Part shown: piece by piece, positions 61,350-64,000 of the stretch | How positions within the stretch are numbered: position 1 is the stretch's first letter | How the letters are laid out: each line of letters starts with the position of its first letter | NCBI GenBank assembly: GCA_963816145.1 | Contig: CAWFJP010000003.1 | Coordinates: 704,001-768,000 of the forward strand | Direction of reading: 5' to 3' | Length of the DNA stretch: 64,000 nucleotides | Origin: an uncultured delta proteobacterium | Lineage (GTDB): Bacteria > Desulfobacterota > Binatia > UBA9968 | Made by a program: the position numbers and the translations under genes | The notes under the pieces: model-generated | What the model was told of the DNA's origin: nothing | Database searches by the model: none | Seen by the model: only the letters and a program-made list of their open reading frames with translations

Positions 61350-62415
61350 ATGAGGATCAAGGACCGTTCGCAAATCTTCGTTGCCGTACGATAGCGCTAT
61401 GGTGGCGCTATGCTAGTCTCTAGCCGGCGTCGAATCTGCATGCCCAGACGCCATTTCTACCAGGGCAAGACGATCACCATCATCGTCAGCACTAAAGCAG
61501 GCGATGTTTACGATCTTTATCCTCGGCTCGTGGCCGAATTCATGCCCAAACATATTCCCGGCAATCCGAATATCATCGTCCAAAACGTGCCCGGCGCCGC
61601 CGGCTTGATCGGCACCAATCAGATCTACAACGTGGCGAAACCGGACGGCCTGACCTTCGGCGCGACCTATCCCGCGCTTTATTTCGAACAGTTGGTCAAG
61701 CGTCCTGAAGCCAAATTCGACTGGAACAAATTCATCTGGATCGGCAGCACGATCAACTCGAACAGTCTCATGTATATGCGCGCCGATACCCCGTATAAGA
61801 CCATCGAAGATGTCCGCACCGCATCGACCCCGCCCAAATGCGGCGCCACCGGCGTTACTTCGTCCGCCTATTACATGCCAAAACTCCTTGGAGTCGGCAT
61901 TTGGCACGAAATTCGAGGTCGTATCGGGATATGTCGCCGGGCAGGATATTGACTTGGCGGTGGAACGCGGCGAAGTTCAGTGCCGAGCTTTTACGGTCAA
62001 CGCGTTTTTCGCCCGCGAGCCGTTCATCACCTGGCGCAAGAAGAATTTCGTTAACGTGCTCTATCAGACCGGCAGCAAGCGCGATGAAAGAATCAAGAAT
62101 GTGCCGTTGTTCAGTGAATTGGCGGATAAATACAAAACGTCGGAAGAAACCAAGAAGCTGGCCAAAGTCGTTCTCGCTTCTGATGAATTCGGCCGTCCCC
62201 TGGTCTTCCCTCCCGGAGTCCCGGCGGACCGGGTTAAGATCATTCGCGACGCTTTTAATAAGACCATCAACGACCCGGAATTACTGGCCGAGGCGAAGAA
62301 ACGCCGACTCGACATCGATCCGGCCACCGGCGAGGAATTGCAGGCTCTCGCCAAGGAAGTCATGACCGCGACCCCGGACATCGTCGAGAAAGTGAAAGGG
62401 TTGATCGGAAAGTGA
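61350..62415 (+). pseudogene. TctC (copy 8) with frameshifts (possibly sequencing errors)
   Basis: AAGGAGGT RBS, a garbled signal region, STKAGDVYDLYPR, and a frameshift at about 61890 (PKLL|ESAFGTKF). Confidence 0.8.
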
Positions 62416-62428
62416 CGAAGGGATGGCA

Positions 62429-63509
62429 ATGACGTTCAAAAATTCAAGGGTTCAAAGGTTCAATCGGATTGTTCTTGGATGTTCTTTTTCTGACCCTTGA
62501 ACTTTTGAACCCCTTGAACCTTGAACGGGCGTCTGCGCAGCAGACGCCCTTCTATCAAGGCAAAACGATTCGCATCGTCATCGGCTCGTCCACCGGCGGC
62601 GGTTACGATCTCTGGGCGCGGGTCTTGGCGCGCCACTACGGCAAGTATATTCCAGGTAATCCGACAATTATTGTGCAGAACATGCCAGGCGCGGCATCGA
62701 TCGTCGCGACCAATTATCTTTACAACGTTGCCAAACCCGACGGTTTGACTCTGGGCGCCCTCCTGCCGGCGATCTATTTCGACCAACTCGTCGGTCGCAA
62801 AGAAGTGCAGTTCGATTTCGCCAAGATTCCCTGGATCGGCTCGCCCGAGCAAAACGAAATCATCCACTACATGCGCGCCGATTCACCGTACAAGTCCATC
62901 GAAGATATCCGCAAAGCCAAAGATCCGCCGCGTTGCGGCAGTTCCGGCACCGGCACCACCGGCTTTTATATTCCGCGCCTGCTCGACGAAGTCCTGGGGA
63001 CGAAACACACCGTGGTCGCTGGTTATCCCGGCGGCTCGGAAATCGACTTGGCGGTTGAGCGCGGCGAGGTGCACTGCTGGTCGCCTCTGGTGGCGACCTA
63101 CTTCGGCCGCGAGCCCTACATCAGTTGGCAGAAGAAGGGATTCGTGCGCGTCGTCGTGCAATTCGGCACCAAGCGCGACCCGCGCCTGGCCGACGTACCG
63201 ACGATTTATGAACTCTTGGATCAATACAAAACCCCCGACGCCGGCAAACGGCTCACCCGGGTGATTCTGGTCGCCGCGACCCTCGGCCGGCCCATCGCGG
63301 TAACCCCGGGCACACCGCCCGACCGCATCAAAATGCTGCGCGAGGCCTATCAAAAAACTCTAAAAGATCCCGAGCTCATCACCGAGACCAAACGCCAGCG
63401 CTGGGACATCAATCCGCTGACCGGCGAGGAGATGGAGTCACTGGCCAAAGAAGTTATGGCGCAGCCGAAGGAAGTCATCGAGAGAATGAAATGGGTGTTG
63501 GGGAACTGA
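62429..63509 (+). CDS. TctC/Bug-like substrate-binding protein (copy 9); one extra base in the signal region
   Basis: MTFKNSRVQRFNRIVLG|VLFLTLELLNPLNLERASAQ aligns with copy 2 if one base at about 62480 is removed. STGGGYDLWAR. Confidence 0.85.
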
Positions 63510-63514
63510 ATCAA

Positions 63515-64000
63515 ATGGATTTTGGATTTTCGTCTACGGGGCCGCTTTTGGATTTTCGATTCCGGAACAAAGCGCACGGAAGACGGTGTCACGCAGTAAC
63601 TTTGTTGCTGCTTGTCCTGGCCCTTGAACTTCTGAACCCCTTGAACCTTGAACGGGCGTCAGCGCAGCAGACGCCCTTCTACAAAGGTAAAACCATTACC
63701 ATGGTCGTCTCGTCCACCGCCGGCGGCGGTTACGATCTGTGGGCGCGGCTGGCGGCGCGCTATCTAGGGAAATACATTCCAGGGAATCCGACTATCGTTG
63801 TGCAAAACATGCCGGGCGCGGGCAACATCATCGGCGCCAACTACGTTTACGGCGTCGCCAAGCCCGACGGTTTGACGCTCGGTGCGGTGAACCCAGCGCT
63901 TTATTTCGATCAACTGGTCGGACGATCGGAGGTTAAATTCGATTGGGCCAAGTTCAACTGGATCGGCTCGCCGGAAAAAAACGACATCGTTTCCTACATG
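63515..64000 (+). CDS. TctC/Bug-like substrate-binding protein (copy 10, runs off the window)
   Basis: Open frame from ATG 63515: MDFGFSSTGPLLDFRFRNK...LLLLVLALELLNPLNLERASAQQTPFYKGK...TAGGGYDLWARL. Absent from the ORF track because there is no stop in the window. Confidence 0.88.
   Translation, partial: MDFGFSSTGPLLDFRFRNKAHGRRCHAVTLLLLVLALELLNPLNLERASAQQTPFYKGKTITMVVSSTAGGGYDLWARLAARYLGKYIPGNPTIVVQNMPGAGNIIGANYVYGVAKPDGLTLGAVNPALYFDQLVGRSEVKFDWAKFNWIGSPEKNDIVSYM

Noticed and set aside
53497-64000. DGR- or shufflon-type diversification of the TctC array
   Set aside because: No reverse transcriptase, recombinase, template/variable repeat pair or inverted cassettes are visible in the window.

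Overview
A 64 kb GC-rich bacterial window. The gene content (expanded Amidohydro_2, NMT1/SsuA-type and TctC/Bug binding proteins, acyl-CoA enzymes) suggests a Candidatus Binatia/Binatota-like deltaproteobacterium; this is inference only. It holds lrp-gltB-gltD, several catabolic clusters, a PaeR7I-family restriction-modification pair, a RAYT transposase with GTAG REPs, and a tandem array of at least 10 tctC paralogs after a lone tctB. Signals the ORF track misses: (1) a UGSC-family selenoprotein (in-frame UGA at 11937-11939 with a SECIS-like hairpin 11 nt downstream) next to an uncharacterised partner gene; (2) a sigma54 promoter, then a c-di-GMP-I-like riboswitch, then an unknown protein with an internal duplication; (3) an orphan integron cassette with an attC site; (4) many short palindromic repeat families, which nest inside one another, sit in-frame in proteins and supply signal-peptide sequence. 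Several single-base frameshifts and a TctC/TauE/DUF1634 mosaic near 60-62.5 kb are probably assembly or consensus artefacts. No tRNA, rRNA or CRISPR array was recognised.
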